Assembly (NCBI GenBank): GCA_963745075.1
Contig: CAVUWV010000003.1
Span: forward strand, 1-64,000
Length of the DNA stretch: 64,000 nucleotides
Source of the DNA: Candidatus Hydrogenedentota bacterium
GTDB lineage: Bacteria; Hydrogenedentota; Hydrogenedentia; Hydrogenedentales; SLHB01
Reading direction: 5' to 3'
Numbering within the stretch: position 1 is the stretch's first letter; each line of letters begins with the position of its first letter. This document shows positions 38,672 through 49,559 of the stretch, piece after piece. Made by a program: the position numbers and the translations under genes. Below the pieces are notes generated by a model. It had not been told where the DNA came from. It ran no database searches and was given only the letters and a program-made list of their open reading frames with translations.

Positions 38672-41092
38672 ATGGTGCGTACGTGGTCTGTCTTTTCGTG
38701 TCTGCTTGTGTTTTTGGGAGCGGCCCGGCTGTCCGGGGCCGAAGACCTCTACGTCGTCCGCGACGTAGAGCCGCAACCGTTGCTGGCGCACGCGCTGCGT
38801 TTGAGCGAGGCATTGTCCTTTCTCGGGAGTCACCTCTCCGATGAGGACAAGGCGCATCTTGAAGCGTTGCGCGATGAGCCGCAAACAGAAGCGCTGTCTG
38901 AGCAGATCCAGGCGATCCTGGATCCCTATTGCCTCGCGCTCATTCACATCAATCCGGAGATGCGCGTGAAGGTGCAGCGGGGCCCCGCGAACGCAGAACT
39001 CATCCAGGACGGATGGAGCACGTTCCTCGTGAAGGTGCACAACGAGTCAGGCACCACCGCGGCGGTCAACGTGGAAAGCCCGAACGCGGCGCCCTTGTTG
39101 TATCGTTCTTCGGGCGATCCGAATCCGAAACCGGAGAACGAACTGTCTCCGGGACAACTGGGGTGGCGGTTCCTGGAACTGAAGATGTACCAGCGGCGGC
39201 CGCTCAAGGCGGAGCTTTCGGGTTTACCGCTCGAATATGTCGTGCTTCAGGCGTACACGAAGGAACGCGGACCGCGCGAAGCGGAGATCGGGTTCAACGT
39301 CGGGCAAGGCACGCAGGATATCGGCTATCGCGACCACGTCGACATCCTGTTCGACTGCAAACCGTCCGTGAAAGTCACGTTTCACGTGAAAGACGATGAC
39401 GGGCAGCCCACCATGGCGTCGTTTGTGATAACCGACAATATCGATCGCGTCGACCCCGATCCCGATGACCCGAACGCACCGACATTGGACTATCGCCTGC
39501 AAAAAGCGGAGATGCCGGTCGAAGGGACCATGCTCACCAAGGCGCAACAGTTCACCGGCGTCTATCCCTTGCCGTCGCGGCGCGTCGCGGATTTTGACGA
39601 GTATCCCGATTTCTATTTTCAACCGCAGATCTACCGGGCCGACGGCGAGCATGTGTTCCTGCCACCCGGTGAATACCACGTGGAGTACACGCGCGGTCCT
39701 GAATACCTTCCGCAAACGGCGACCCTCACCGTTCCGGACGGTGTGACGGAATGCGAACAAACGTTCCAATTGAAGCGGTGGATCCACCTTGCCGACTTGG
39801 GCTGGTACAGCGCCGACCACCACATTCACGGCGGCGGGTGTTCGCACTACGAGAGCCCGGCGGCGGGCGTGACCCCGGCTGCGATGATGCGGCAGGTTAT
39901 CGGCGAGGATCTCGACATCGGCTGTGTGTTGACGTGGGGTCCGTGCTGGTACCATCAGAAGACCTTCTTTGAGGGAGCGGTCAACGCACTTTCCACGCCG
40001 GACAACCTCTTGCGGTACGACGTGGAGGTCTCGGGTTTTCCGTCCAGCCACGCCGGGCACATTTGCTTGCTGCGCTTGACGGAAGACGACTACCCCAACA
40101 CGAGCACGATCGAAGAATGGCCGAGTTGGACCCTTCCCGTGCTGCAATGGGCGAAGTCGCAGGGGGCCGTGGTGGGGTACGCGCACTCGGGATGGGGACT
40201 GGAACCGTTGGAAAAGACCTATAACGTCCCGAACTACGTGATGGCCAAATTTAACGGCATCGGGGCGAACGAATACATCGTGACCGTCGTGCAGGACGCC
40301 TGCGACTTCATCAGTGCGGGCGACACGCCGTATCCGTGGGAGTTGAACATCTGGTACCACACCCTGAATTGCGGGTTTCGAACGCGCATCAGCGGCGAAA
40401 CGGATTTCCCGTGCATCTTCGACGAACGGGTGGGATTGGCACGGAGCTATGCGCACATGGACGGCGACCTGGACTTTGACTCCTATGTGCAAAAGATCAA
40501 GGATGGCGCGAACTATGTATCCGACGGCCGGTCGCACATCATCGATTTCAAGGTCGACGATACCGCGATGGGTGCGAACGGCAGTGAATTGCGGTTGGGC
40601 GATCCGCGATCCGTTCACGTCTCGGCACGTGTGGCGGCCTATCTTCCTGAACAACAGGACCAGGTAGGTGCGGCAGTGGCCGCGCTGTCGCCGGACAAAT
40701 CGCCCTATTGGCACCTCGAGCGCGCGCGGATCGGAACGACGCGCACCGTGCCGCTGGAACTGATTGTGAATGGGCAGCCGGTCGCGCGCAAGGAGATCGC
40801 GGCTGATGGCCAGCTATGCGACGTCGCGTTTGACGTTCCCGTGGACCATTCCAGTTGGGTGGCGTTGCGCATTTTGCCGAGCTGCCATACCAATCCGGTC
40901 TTCGTACTGGTCGACGGCAAACCCATCCGCGCGAGCAAACGCAGCGCTGAGTGGTGCCGTGCGGCGGTCGATCGCTGCTGGAAAATGAAGCGGGACGCCA
41001 TCCGCGAGGACGAGCGGGGCGACGCCCAAGAAGCCTACGACGTTGCGCGCGCCGCGTACGATAGGATCGTGACGGAGTCGGTTGCAGAGTAG
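38672..41092 (+). CDS. CehA/McbA family metallohydrolase (PHP-like), secreted
   Basis: Signal peptide; RGPEY; GWYSADHHIH; SSHAGH; YAHSG; WYHTLNCG; GETDFPC. Confidence 0.85.
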   Translation: MVRTWSVFSCLLVFLGAARLSGAEDLYVVRDVEPQPLLAHALRLSEALSFLGSHLSDEDKAHLEALRDEPQTEALSEQIQAILDPYCLALIHINPEMRVKVQRGPANAELIQDGWSTFLVKVHNESGTTAAVNVESPNAAPLLYRSSGDPNPKPENELSPGQLGWRFLELKMYQRRPLKAELSGLPLEYVVLQAYTKERGPREAEIGFNVGQGTQDIGYRDHVDILFDCKPSVKVTFHVKDDDGQPTMASFVITDNIDRVDPDPDDPNAPTLDYRLQKAEMPVEGTMLTKAQQFTGVYPLPSRRVADFDEYPDFYFQPQIYRADGEHVFLPPGEYHVEYTRGPEYLPQTATLTVPDGVTECEQTFQLKRWIHLADLGWYSADHHIHGGGCSHYESPAAGVTPAAMMRQVIGEDLDIGCVLTWGPCWYHQKTFFEGAVNALSTPDNLLRYDVEVSGFPSSHAGHICLLRLTEDDYPNTSTIEEWPSWTLPVLQWAKSQGAVVGYAHSGWGLEPLEKTYNVPNYVMAKFNGIGANEYIVTVVQDACDFISAGDTPYPWELNIWYHTLNCGFRTRISGETDFPCIFDERVGLARSYAHMDGDLDFDSYVQKIKDGANYVSDGRSHIIDFKVDDTAMGANGSELRLGDPRSVHVSARVAAYLPEQQDQVGAAVAALSPDKSPYWHLERARIGTTRTVPLELIVNGQPVARKEIAADGQLCDVAFDVPVDHSSWVALRILPSCHTNPVFVLVDGKPIRASKRSAEWCRAAVDRCWKMKRDAIREDERGDAQEAYDVARAAYDRIVTESVAE

Positions 41093-41196
41093 GCGGGCCA
41101 TATCAATTCGGAATTCTGAATGACGAATTGAGAATTACAGCAACCCACAAACGTTACAGTAACAAATTCAGGTTCAATGGACCTGACGGGATTGAA

Positions 41197-44100
41197 CTAC
41201 AGGCGAAGAATCGGCACCGACAATTCCTCGGCGCACCGCGCAACGTCATCCCGGCACGTAAACAGGAGAATCTGGTTGGTCTCGCCGATTCGCTGAAGCA
41301 GCTCCAGCGCCCGGTGCAGGCGGGCGTCGTCATAGTTGGCGAAGGGGTCGTCCAGTAGTAGGGGAATGCTTTCTGCGCCTTCGCTGAGACTGCGTACCAG
41401 CGCAAGCCGCAACGCCAGATAGATCTGATCCACAGTGCCTTTGCTGAGACGGCGCTCGGGGTCGTCGTTGAGACTTTCCGTTTGCGGGATCCGAATCGTG
41501 ATGCGCAGTTCTCGGCTGATCAATAGTTCCGAATAGACGCCGTCCGTGATTTCGCTGAGGTACGAGCCGGCCAGATTCGCTAGCGCGGGGGCGATGCGCG
41601 CGTGGCGGTCCCGCGCGACTTCTTCGATCAGTGCCGCCGCGTAGGACGCCGCTTCCATCTCGCGTTCCAGCGACGCAACCCGCTCGCGAACCTGGGTCAA
41701 CTCTTCCTCGATCTCGTTGATCGATCGCATTCCCGCAGCCAACCGCGTGATCTGAATATGGAGATCGTGCTCTTGCTGCGAAACGTCGTCCAACTCGGTA
41801 TTTACGGTCCGCAACTCCGCTTTGACGTCATCTTCGTCTCGTAGCGCCGGTAACGGGTCGTGCCCGTCTTCGTCCACGCGTTGCTGCAAGGCGTCGAGGC
41901 TTTCCCCGTGCAGGAGCGCGTTTAGCCGCTCTTCGAGACTGGACCGGGTCTCCCACGTCTCGCGGTAGGTCTTTGCCTTTTCGGCCAACTCCTGCCATTG
42001 CTCGAGCGTTTCCGCGTCTCCGCGGGCGAGTTGCTCCGACAGCGTCCGCTCGAGGGTATTCAACTCCTCCTCTTCGGACGTCAACTGTACATCGACGCTG
42101 TCCGACCGCTCGCGCAGCACGTCCACGCGTCCCCGTTTTTGCCGGGACTGGGCGGTGCGGATCCGGTAGGCGCGCAGGGCGCCAAGGGCACTGGTGTGAC
42201 GGCTTTCCTCGCGGAACCCCGCATCGCGCAGGGTCTGGCGCACTTCGAGGGCCAATTCCACTTCCTGCCGGCGGTGCTCTTCCAGTTCGGCGGCGATCCG
42301 CGTTCGTTCGTCCTCGAGTTCCACCGGGCGCCCGCGGCTCTCGGACACCCGCCGCTTTGCATCGCGGTATTCCTGGTATCGCCCGATCGCGCGACCCGCG
42401 GCCGTCTGGACATCGCTTTCCGTCTCCACCGGTTCCCCGAGACGCGTATACGTGTCGCGAAGGCGCATAAACAACCGGCGGACCTGTTCCTCCTCCTCGG
42501 TGGCGACGTGCTGTTGCTGGCGCAACTGGCCTTCCGCGCTTCGCAGTTCCGCCTGGTCCTGGACGTACCGCTCGTACAGCGCTTCCAGTTCGCGTATGGA
42601 AGCGAATCCTGCGTCATGGACCGCCTTGTCCATCGCGTGGCGTCGTTCGGCCCACGCGTCCTCGAGATTGTGTAGTTCCTCCTGTGCGTTAAGCAGTTCG
42701 CGCTCGGCGGTCCGCAGGGCGATTCGACCCAACAGCCCGTTCGTGGAAAGGATCACCAAGAACAACGCGCAGAGCCCCCCGGGAATGTAGATGAACCCGT
42801 TGCCGGACCAAAACGCGTATCCGACGCAAAACGCAATTCCCAAACCTAACGCCGGGATGAGGTACCGGACCGGCGGAGCGTGTTCCGCCAATTCTTCGGC
42901 CTGCTGCTGGATCTGAGTCAGCCGCGCGCTCATCGCCGCGTGCTGCTCCTCAAAGACGCGCGCGTGAACGGCATACTCGCGCGCCTCGGAAGGGAAATCC
43001 TGGAAGGCGGCAAACACGTGGGCCGGTTCTTGCAGGGCATCGCGAAGTGCTTCCGTCGTCTCCTTCAAAGCGGCCAATCGCCGTTGCTCGTCGTCCCGCA
43101 CCTGTTGGGCCATTCGGAACGAGGCGGCCAATTGGGTTAACCATTCGACGGGGTCCGACTCGACCTGGCCGAAATCGGGCAGTCGTTCGATATCGGCGCG
43201 GGCCTCCGCCAACCGCAGTTCGGCTTTCTGATGTTCCCGGTCCAGGGTTTCCAGGCGCTCCTGCAAACGCGCGATGACGCCTTCCAGCCGCGTCAACTCC
43301 GCTTCCGTTTCCTCTGGAATGTCGACCAGTTCCTGATCGGCGAGGGGTCCAAGCCGTTCCCGCTCTTCCCGAAGCTGGCGCTGCAAGTCCTCCCGCTCTT
43401 TTCGCGTGCGTTCGACCTGGGCACGGGTGGCCGCGACCGCATTGGCCGTGCGCTGTACCTCGCCGTTCAGGTCGAGCGGGAAGTCACGCACGGCGCCCAA
43501 CGAAAAGCACTTCTGCGTCGCGTTGTCGACGCGCGTCTTCAGGCGGATCGCCTCTTCGAGCCGTTCTGCGCGCTCCTTGCGTTCCAGCAGATGCAGCTCT
43601 TCTTCCAGCGCCGCGCGGCGTTCGGCGATCCGGCAACGCTCTTCCATCACCGATAGTCGGCGATTCTCCAGTTCCAGCAACTCGCCGCGCCGGACGGTCG
43701 TGCTTCTCAGTTCATCTTCCAGGCTCCGAAGCCGCGCCTGCGCGACGGGCAATGGACGCTTGGAGTGCGCCGCGGGCCGGCCGATCCGGCCTATGCGGTC
43801 GTTCAAGCGCGTGAGCGCGAGATCCGCCGAGCCGGTCTCGTCGGATGAATCGGCCAGTGCGAGGATGCGCTCGCGGATTTGTGTGAGCGCGTCCGCGTCG
43901 CCCAACCCATCCAGCGTCAGATGGCTGATGGTGGCGGCGTGGAGAAAGACGGCTTTCGACAGTCCCAGGTGTTCTTCCGCAAATACCGGTTCGCGATTGC
44001 GCAACCGTTCGAAGGCGCCGGTAATGTCCTGGCCGTGCGTCCGATCGTAGATCGAGACGGATTCCTGTTTTCGGTCGAAGTTGCGTTGCACTTCGATTTC

Positions 44101-44361
44101 TCGGCCGTCGTCCAATTGATACGCGATGCGGCCGCCGTACGTATCGATACCGGCCCAGGGCCGCCGCAACTCGTTGGAATCGTCATAGAGGCGTTGCTGG
44201 GTGCTCCGCTTCTGGCCGTACAGCATGTCGCCCACGAAGCATCGTACTGTCGTCTTTCCCTGCTCGTTGGGGCCTACGATTACCTGGAGCCCCGGCGCCG
44301 GTTCAATCGCGCGTTCGGTGAACCGACCGTATCCGTCCAGCCAGAGTCGCTTGAGACGCAT
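41197..44361 (-). CDS. YhaN-like SMC/AAA ATPase with coiled coil and internal TM hairpin
   Basis: GPNEQGKTT Walker A; LSKGT.DQIYLALRL; PLLLDDPFANYD. Confidence 0.9.
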   Translation of the reverse strand: MRLKRLWLDGYGRFTERAIEPAPGLQVIVGPNEQGKTTVRCFVGDMLYGQKRSTQQRLYDDSNELRRPWAGIDTYGGRIAYQLDDGREIEVQRNFDRKQESVSIYDRTHGQDITGAFERLRNREPVFAEEHLGLSKAVFLHAATISHLTLDGLGDADALTQIRERILALADSSDETGSADLALTRLNDRIGRIGRPAAHSKRPLPVAQARLRSLEDELRSTTVRRGELLELENRRLSVMEERCRIAERRAALEEELHLLERKERAERLEEAIRLKTRVDNATQKCFSLGAVRDFPLDLNGEVQRTANAVAATRAQVERTRKEREDLQRQLREERERLGPLADQELVDIPEETEAELTRLEGVIARLQERLETLDREHQKAELRLAEARADIERLPDFGQVESDPVEWLTQLAASFRMAQQVRDDEQRRLAALKETTEALRDALQEPAHVFAAFQDFPSEAREYAVHARVFEEQHAAMSARLTQIQQQAEELAEHAPPVRYLIPALGLGIAFCVGYAFWSGNGFIYIPGGLCALFLVILSTNGLLGRIALRTAERELLNAQEELHNLEDAWAERRHAMDKAVHDAGFASIRELEALYERYVQDQAELRSAEGQLRQQQHVATEEEEQVRRLFMRLRDTYTRLGEPVETESDVQTAAGRAIGRYQEYRDAKRRVSESRGRPVELEDERTRIAAELEEHRRQEVELALEVRQTLRDAGFREESRHTSALGALRAYRIRTAQSRQKRGRVDVLRERSDSVDVQLTSEEEELNTLERTLSEQLARGDAETLEQWQELAEKAKTYRETWETRSSLEERLNALLHGESLDALQQRVDEDGHDPLPALRDEDDVKAELRTVNTELDDVSQQEHDLHIQITRLAAGMRSINEIEEELTQVRERVASLEREMEAASYAAALIEEVARDRHARIAPALANLAGSYLSEITDGVYSELLISRELRITIRIPQTESLNDDPERRLSKGTVDQIYLALRLALVRSLSEGAESIPLLLDDPFANYDDARLHRALELLQRIGETNQILLFTCRDDVARCAEELSVPILRL

Positions 44362-44363
44362 CG

Positions 44364-45530
44364 TTACTCGCCCTCCGCGCCTTCCAGCGGCAGTTCGCGG
44401 CCTCGGTATGCGGCGAGCCCCACTTCACGGGTACGCTCGAGCACGCGTTGGCGTGCAGGGTCCGGTGTGTCCTGGAGTTCGCGGTTAACCCGCGCGAGAA
44501 AGGCCCCGAGGCTTGTGCGTTCCCGGGCCAGGAACACGTAATCCTCCGCGACTGTGGTCGTATCGATGAGATCGAGATACTCGAGTTCCGGCGCGAGGGC
44601 GTCGCGAATCGCCGGGATCTCATGACACCATTCCGGCCGGTTTTCGCCGGTCAACGTAATGCGCGCGACGATGGCAGGTCCGTCAGGTTTCGGAAGTTTC
44701 CGGATGGACTCAACAATCTCTTGCGACGACCCAAACTTGGAACAGTCCAGCGAGTGAACCGTAAACACTGTGCGGTTCGAGACGACGGGTCGTACGTCTA
44801 CGGCTTCATCTTCAATCTCCACTTCGAGATGGTAATGCTCTCCAGTTTCGCCGAACCCGTGGCCTTCCGGAGCGCCCGAGTAGGCGACAGTCGTCGCAAA
44901 CGGACCTTCGATCAATTTGTGCCCATGAAAATGCCCGAGGGCCAGATACGCCAGACCTTCCGGCGTCGCGTCGGCAGCCTGGAATGGGGCGTAGGCCCCC
45001 TTGCCCGGAGGCAACGAACCCATTTCAGATCCATGACCGACCGCAACGTGTACCCGGCCATCATCCGGAATCGCCAAAGTTCCAAACGGATTCTTCGAGA
45101 TCTCGGGGCCATCGAAGCCGAATCCATGAACGGCAAGCGGTCGTTCATCTAACGCGTGCGCTCGCCACTCCGGGGCCGTAAAGATGGTCACATTATTTGG
45201 CCACGCTTCCGTTCGATACGGCGAAGCGGACACCGCTGGATCGTGATTGCCGGGCGCGACGAATACCGGAATTGGATCGATGGCTTCGAACGCCGCACGC
45301 AGAAACGCAATGGTATCGCGGGTCACGCGGTCCTGTTCGATGAGGTCCCCGGCAATGAGAACTGCGTCCGCCGGCCACGCGGCGGCCCGGTTCAGAATCG
45401 CCTGGAGTACGTCGCGCAGACTCTGCCGTCGTCGATTGCCGAAGGCGGCCGGCAGATGTTCGTCGGCATAACATGCGCCCAAATGGACGTCTGACGTGTG
45501 AATGATCCGAATCACTTCGATCCAATGCAT
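44364..45530 (-). CDS. YhaO/SbcD/Mre11-like DNA repair exonuclease
   Basis: HTSDVHLG, IAGDL, PGNHD, YLALGHFH, YSGAPEG. Confidence 0.92.
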   Translation of the reverse strand: MHWIEVIRIIHTSDVHLGACYADEHLPAAFGNRRRQSLRDVLQAILNRAAAWPADAVLIAGDLIEQDRVTRDTIAFLRAAFEAIDPIPVFVAPGNHDPAVSASPYRTEAWPNNVTIFTAPEWRAHALDERPLAVHGFGFDGPEISKNPFGTLAIPDDGRVHVAVGHGSEMGSLPPGKGAYAPFQAADATPEGLAYLALGHFHGHKLIEGPFATTVAYSGAPEGHGFGETGEHYHLEVEIEDEAVDVRPVVSNRTVFTVHSLDCSKFGSSQEIVESIRKLPKPDGPAIVARITLTGENRPEWCHEIPAIRDALAPELEYLDLIDTTTVAEDYVFLARERTSLGAFLARVNRELQDTPDPARQRVLERTREVGLAAYRGRELPLEGAEGE

Positions 45531-45654
45531 TTAGGGCGGCACTATCGGTGCGCGCCGAGTTACGGGATATGTCCCTCCGGCCGTGCACCGGCGCCGGGGA
45601 ACCCAGAAGCTGTTCATGATACTGATTCCAGCGCCGCGATTATAGACGGTGGAT

Positions 45655-46632
45655 TCAGCGGTGTTCGACGTGCCCGGACTCGCGCGACGCCACGGCGTAC
45701 GAATCCGGTTCGAACGCCGGCGAACGGCCGGCGGCCGCGTCCCTATATCCTTGTAGGAAGCTGTGGACGAGGACGCGCCGGAACATAAAGCGGAAGGAGC
45801 GCATGTCCTTTGAAAGGTAGCGGCAGATGCGCCGGTAGAGGGGAATCAAGAGCCGTTCCGGGGTATTCAGCCGGCGGTCGAGTGGGCGCAGCAACCGGTG
45901 GCGCACGACTTCCGCTCGCGTTTTTTCGAGCAACAGTTGCAGCGAGTACCCTTCCGCGTAATACCGGCGGCGTTCCTCGTAGGTCGTGACCGGGCACCAG
46001 AGGTACGCCGTCGCCTCGTCGCTGTAGAATCCACGTAGCCCCCGTTGCTCCAGGCGCCAACCGAGTTCTACGTCTTCCAGGCCCGGTTGCTCGAACGACT
46101 CATCAAAGCCGTTCACTTCCAGCGCCATCGCGCGGGGCAGTGATAGATTCCAAATACGCCAGTCGATGAAGCGGAGCGGCTGCCCTTTGAGAAAACCGTC
46201 CCCGCGGAACAGGGAGAAATCTTTTGTGAGTGTGTTTGCCGCGATCTGCGGGTGGTGTTCGATTCCGCCGACGATGGCCGCGGCGCCGTTGTGCCGTTCC
46301 TGCGCGCGCACATGATTCTCGACGAGATTGGGCCCGGCCAGCAGGTGCTCGTCCAAGAACAGCACCCAGCGGCCTTGGGCTTCGGCCATCGCGCGATTGC
46401 GAGCTTCCGCGCGATTGCTCCGTTGTACCGTGATGCACCGCGAGCGGACCGGCGCCCCGGCCACGTACCGTTCGAGGACCTCGTGGGTATCGTCGGTGCT
46501 TGCGAGATCGGCGATAATCACTTCGAAACGCCCCGCTGGATAACTTTGAAGCTCCAGGTGGGACAGGGTCAGCGGGAGAAGCGCGGCACGATTTCGTACC
46601 GTGACGATGAGCGATACGTCGGTCGTTTCCAT
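45655..46632 (-). CDS. Glycosyltransferase family 2
   Basis: VSLIV..RNR, EVIIAD..STDDT, ARNR, GFDE.F..GLEDVELG.RL. Confidence 0.88.
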   Translation of the reverse strand: METTDVSLIVTVRNRAALLPLTLSHLELQSYPAGRFEVIIADLASTDDTHEVLERYVAGAPVRSRCITVQRSNRAEARNRAMAEAQGRWVLFLDEHLLAGPNLVENHVRAQERHNGAAAIVGGIEHHPQIAANTLTKDFSLFRGDGFLKGQPLRFIDWRIWNLSLPRAMALEVNGFDESFEQPGLEDVELGWRLEQRGLRGFYSDEATAYLWCPVTTYEERRRYYAEGYSLQLLLEKTRAEVVRHRLLRPLDRRLNTPERLLIPLYRRICRYLSKDMRSFRFMFRRVLVHSFLQGYRDAAAGRSPAFEPDSYAVASRESGHVEHR

Positions 46633-47151
46633 GGTAGACCGTCCCGCGAAGTTTCCGCCTCTGCTTCTCACCGGCATCGCCGGACTGCGCCCACGAGCCG
46701 ACCGTTCGGGGCGGTGAGAAACCGGAGTTCAGCGTTTTGAACCCAATCCTATGCGCGAGGGGTGCGTAAACAGGCTTGTCGTTGTGATTCGTACCCCGGC
46801 TCGATACTATCGATGTTCGTGGCGAGGGGTCAAGGCTTGGAAAGGAAGATCGGAGCACCGCTGTAACGACACATCAGCCAGGCTGTTCTGTCGGGTCGGG
46901 GTTGGCTGCCACCGTACACCGCCTGCATGTCGGCTCCGCGCATAAAAACGCGCCCTGTCCAGATGATTTTCATGAGACCGCGGATATTGAAGTTGCACGT
47001 GGTGCGACGGCCGTTCGAGAATAGAACGGTCGGCGCTCCGAGTGGTACGATCCCCCGCATACGACGACTTTCCTCAGGGTCGCCGGCTGCGGTCTCTTCC
47101 GTTCGGAACGGCCGGTGGTCCAGCGCCCGGGTTGGTGAAGAAAGCACAGGC

Positions 47152-49485
47152 GTGACCGAACCTACTGCACAATACCGGTATGCGTTGTTGCCGCTGTTCC
47201 TGGTGGCCGCAACGTTTATCGTATTGGGCCCCACGTTCTGGAACGGCACCGAGACGCGTCAGGGGAGCGTCGCGAGTGCATACGAGAACAGCGATCTCTA
47301 TCAATACGTGTACCCCGCGTACGACTATACGTTCAGTCGAATGAAAGGAACGCCCGCCTCCGCCGGCTACGTGCTGCCGGGTCTCAATGAGCCATTTCCC
47401 GAGTGGAACCCTCGTCAGCGTTGCGGTATCCCAATCGCCACGGATTCGCGGCTCGGTATGTTTCAGCCGTTGAACGCCGTATTCTTGTTTCTTCCAACGA
47501 CGCAAGCGATGGCGCTCCATGCGTTCCTGTGCCTATTTCTTATGGGTCTGTTCTTTGCCCTGTTCGCGCGCGCGGTTGGCGTCGGGTACGTAGCCGCTCT
47601 GATCGGAGGCATAATCTACGCGTATTGCGGCGCCTCCGCGGCCGCCATGTCGCGTCCCTGGATGGCGTCGGCCCTGGTGTGGCTTCCCTTCACCATGTGG
47701 GCCGTTCGCGAGTACGGGCATCGTTTCGATTTCGGAACCGCCATGCTCGCCGGGCTCGGAACCGCATTGTTGATCTTGTCCGGCGCGTATGCCCTCGTCC
47801 TGGCCGCATTGTGTCTCATTGTGCCGTACAGACTTTTGATGACCGTGTTCCCACGGTCGGACGAACCTCAGATTCCTCCCCTCATGCGGCGTGTGCGCGG
47901 CCCGGTGCTGATGGGGATTGTGGCCATCGGCGTTTCGTCCGTGCAATGGCTTCCAACCCTGGCCTATGCGTTGCATCTGGACGACCCCTTCGGTGCGATA
48001 TGGAATTTTAATCTTGCGGCGGAGGCGCCGGTATCCTGGCACGAACTTTTGGCCCAGATGCTGACGCCGGACGCGAGCAGCTTACCCCGCATCGCGTACA
48101 TGGGGATCATTACGTTGTTGCTGGTTCCCGTCGCGCTTTTCCACCGTCATCGGCGACGGGAAGTTGCTTTCTTCTTCCTCGTCGCCGTTGCCGGAATCTC
48201 CGCGGCACTTTCCGGACCGGACAATATGCCGTTGGGGTTTCCGCATCTCGCGCTGCTCTATCCGGTCGCCTTCAGCCTCGCCGCGCTTGCGGCGCTCGGC
48301 GCGGATCGCCTGTTGACCCCCCGCAGCACGTTTCGGTCGCAGCCGGTATGGCTCCCGGCATCGGTCGCGCTCATCATGAGTGGGGCGATGATCTACGCGT
48401 TCGGCGGTGAAATCCGTAAATTCGTGATCCCCTTTGTGCTGATACTGTTCGTCTTTCTGATCTTTCGATTCCGCTTCTTTGCCCTCGTCTGCGGCATCGC
48501 AATTGCCGGCCTGTTAGTCGTCGACCTGACCGTCGCCAGCAAGAACAAATTCCGCCACCCGCGGCAAGATGCGCCGGAGTGTTATCAGCGTTACGCCGCC
48601 GCGCTCGGCGACCTCCGCGAACAATGTGTGGGATCCCGGGCGTTGTTTTCGGCGCGCCCACTCGACACCGCGCTGACATCAAACCTCGGTTTTCTATATC
48701 CGCAGAGTCTTATCGGTGGCGCCTTATTGCCGCTCACGGAAGATCAGGCGCGTTGGTGGGAACAACTGGGCGATCCTGGACCCGTGCTCACCCGCGGATC
48801 CGGAAAAGCCATCACGCATGACGCCGCCAAACCGAAGCTGCTGAATTTCATGGCTGCGCGCGCGATCCTGGCTTCACCGCAAGGTCCGCTTTACAACGGC
48901 GGATGGGGGAGCCGCGGTCCTCGCCTGCGCGAAGTGCCAACCCAGGGCGATTTGCACCTCTTTGTCAACGAGGATGCCCTGCCCCGCGCGTACTGGGTGC
49001 CAACGTGGCGGGTGGCCGTCGGCGTCAAGACCGCCATCGACATGCTGACCGAGGATAGCTTCGACCCGACGCGCGAGTGCGTGGTCGATGCCCTGTCGCC
49101 GGGGATCGAAAAGCTCTCCACCACCGCACCGGTCGTGGCGGACTCAACGCCCCGTTACTCCGATGCCACCTGCTCGGTGGAAGACGTCGATCCCGAACAT
49201 GTTACGCTTCGCGTAAACGCACCCGCTTCGGGCATCACCGTCCTCGCCGACACGCAGGCGCCGGGATGGATCGCCACCGTCAACGGTGTTCGGCAACCGA
49301 TCTTGAAAGTAAACGGATTGTATCGCGGCGTCATCACGCCGGAGGGTCCGTGTGTGATCGAATTCACGTACCGGCCCCTCACAGTGTATGCGGCACAAGG
49401 GATCGCCATCGCCGTGCTCGCCTTCTCACTCCTCTACGGATTGCGCGTGTTTCTTCGCCGCAGCGCCTCACTCGTTTCCCTTTGA
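47152..49485 (+). CDS. YfhO family membrane protein (GT-C-like)
   Basis: PEWNP...GIP, multiple TM helices, NEDALPRAY, PGW.ATVNG...VNGLYRGV..P.G...F.Y.P; start uncertain (ORF is open from 46927). Confidence 0.85.
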   Translation: MTEPTAQYRYALLPLFLVAATFIVLGPTFWNGTETRQGSVASAYENSDLYQYVYPAYDYTFSRMKGTPASAGYVLPGLNEPFPEWNPRQRCGIPIATDSRLGMFQPLNAVFLFLPTTQAMALHAFLCLFLMGLFFALFARAVGVGYVAALIGGIIYAYCGASAAAMSRPWMASALVWLPFTMWAVREYGHRFDFGTAMLAGLGTALLILSGAYALVLAALCLIVPYRLLMTVFPRSDEPQIPPLMRRVRGPVLMGIVAIGVSSVQWLPTLAYALHLDDPFGAIWNFNLAAEAPVSWHELLAQMLTPDASSLPRIAYMGIITLLLVPVALFHRHRRREVAFFFLVAVAGISAALSGPDNMPLGFPHLALLYPVAFSLAALAALGADRLLTPRSTFRSQPVWLPASVALIMSGAMIYAFGGEIRKFVIPFVLILFVFLIFRFRFFALVCGIAIAGLLVVDLTVASKNKFRHPRQDAPECYQRYAAALGDLREQCVGSRALFSARPLDTALTSNLGFLYPQSLIGGALLPLTEDQARWWEQLGDPGPVLTRGSGKAITHDAAKPKLLNFMAARAILASPQGPLYNGGWGSRGPRLREVPTQGDLHLFVNEDALPRAYWVPTWRVAVGVKTAIDMLTEDSFDPTRECVVDALSPGIEKLSTTAPVVADSTPRYSDATCSVEDVDPEHVTLRVNAPASGITVLADTQAPGWIATVNGVRQPILKVNGLYRGVITPEGPCVIEFTYRPLTVYAAQGIAIAVLAFSLLYGLRVFLRRSASLVSL

Positions 49486-49559
49486 TTTGATTCAGGGCCG
49501 TTGCTAGCATGTGGCCTCCGTCCGCGTTCGCGGACCTCAACCGGAAGGAGAGACGTAGT

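Noticed and set aside
36233..40714. Long antisense ORFs (36233..38452, 39224..40714; also 9405..10772)
   Set aside because: They are shadows of real genes caused by high-GC codon bias and carry no recognisable motifs.
41197..45530. SMC-like ATPase plus nuclease as a novel defence system
   Set aside because: It matches the widespread YhaN/YhaO (SbcCD-like) pair, with no additional effector genes.
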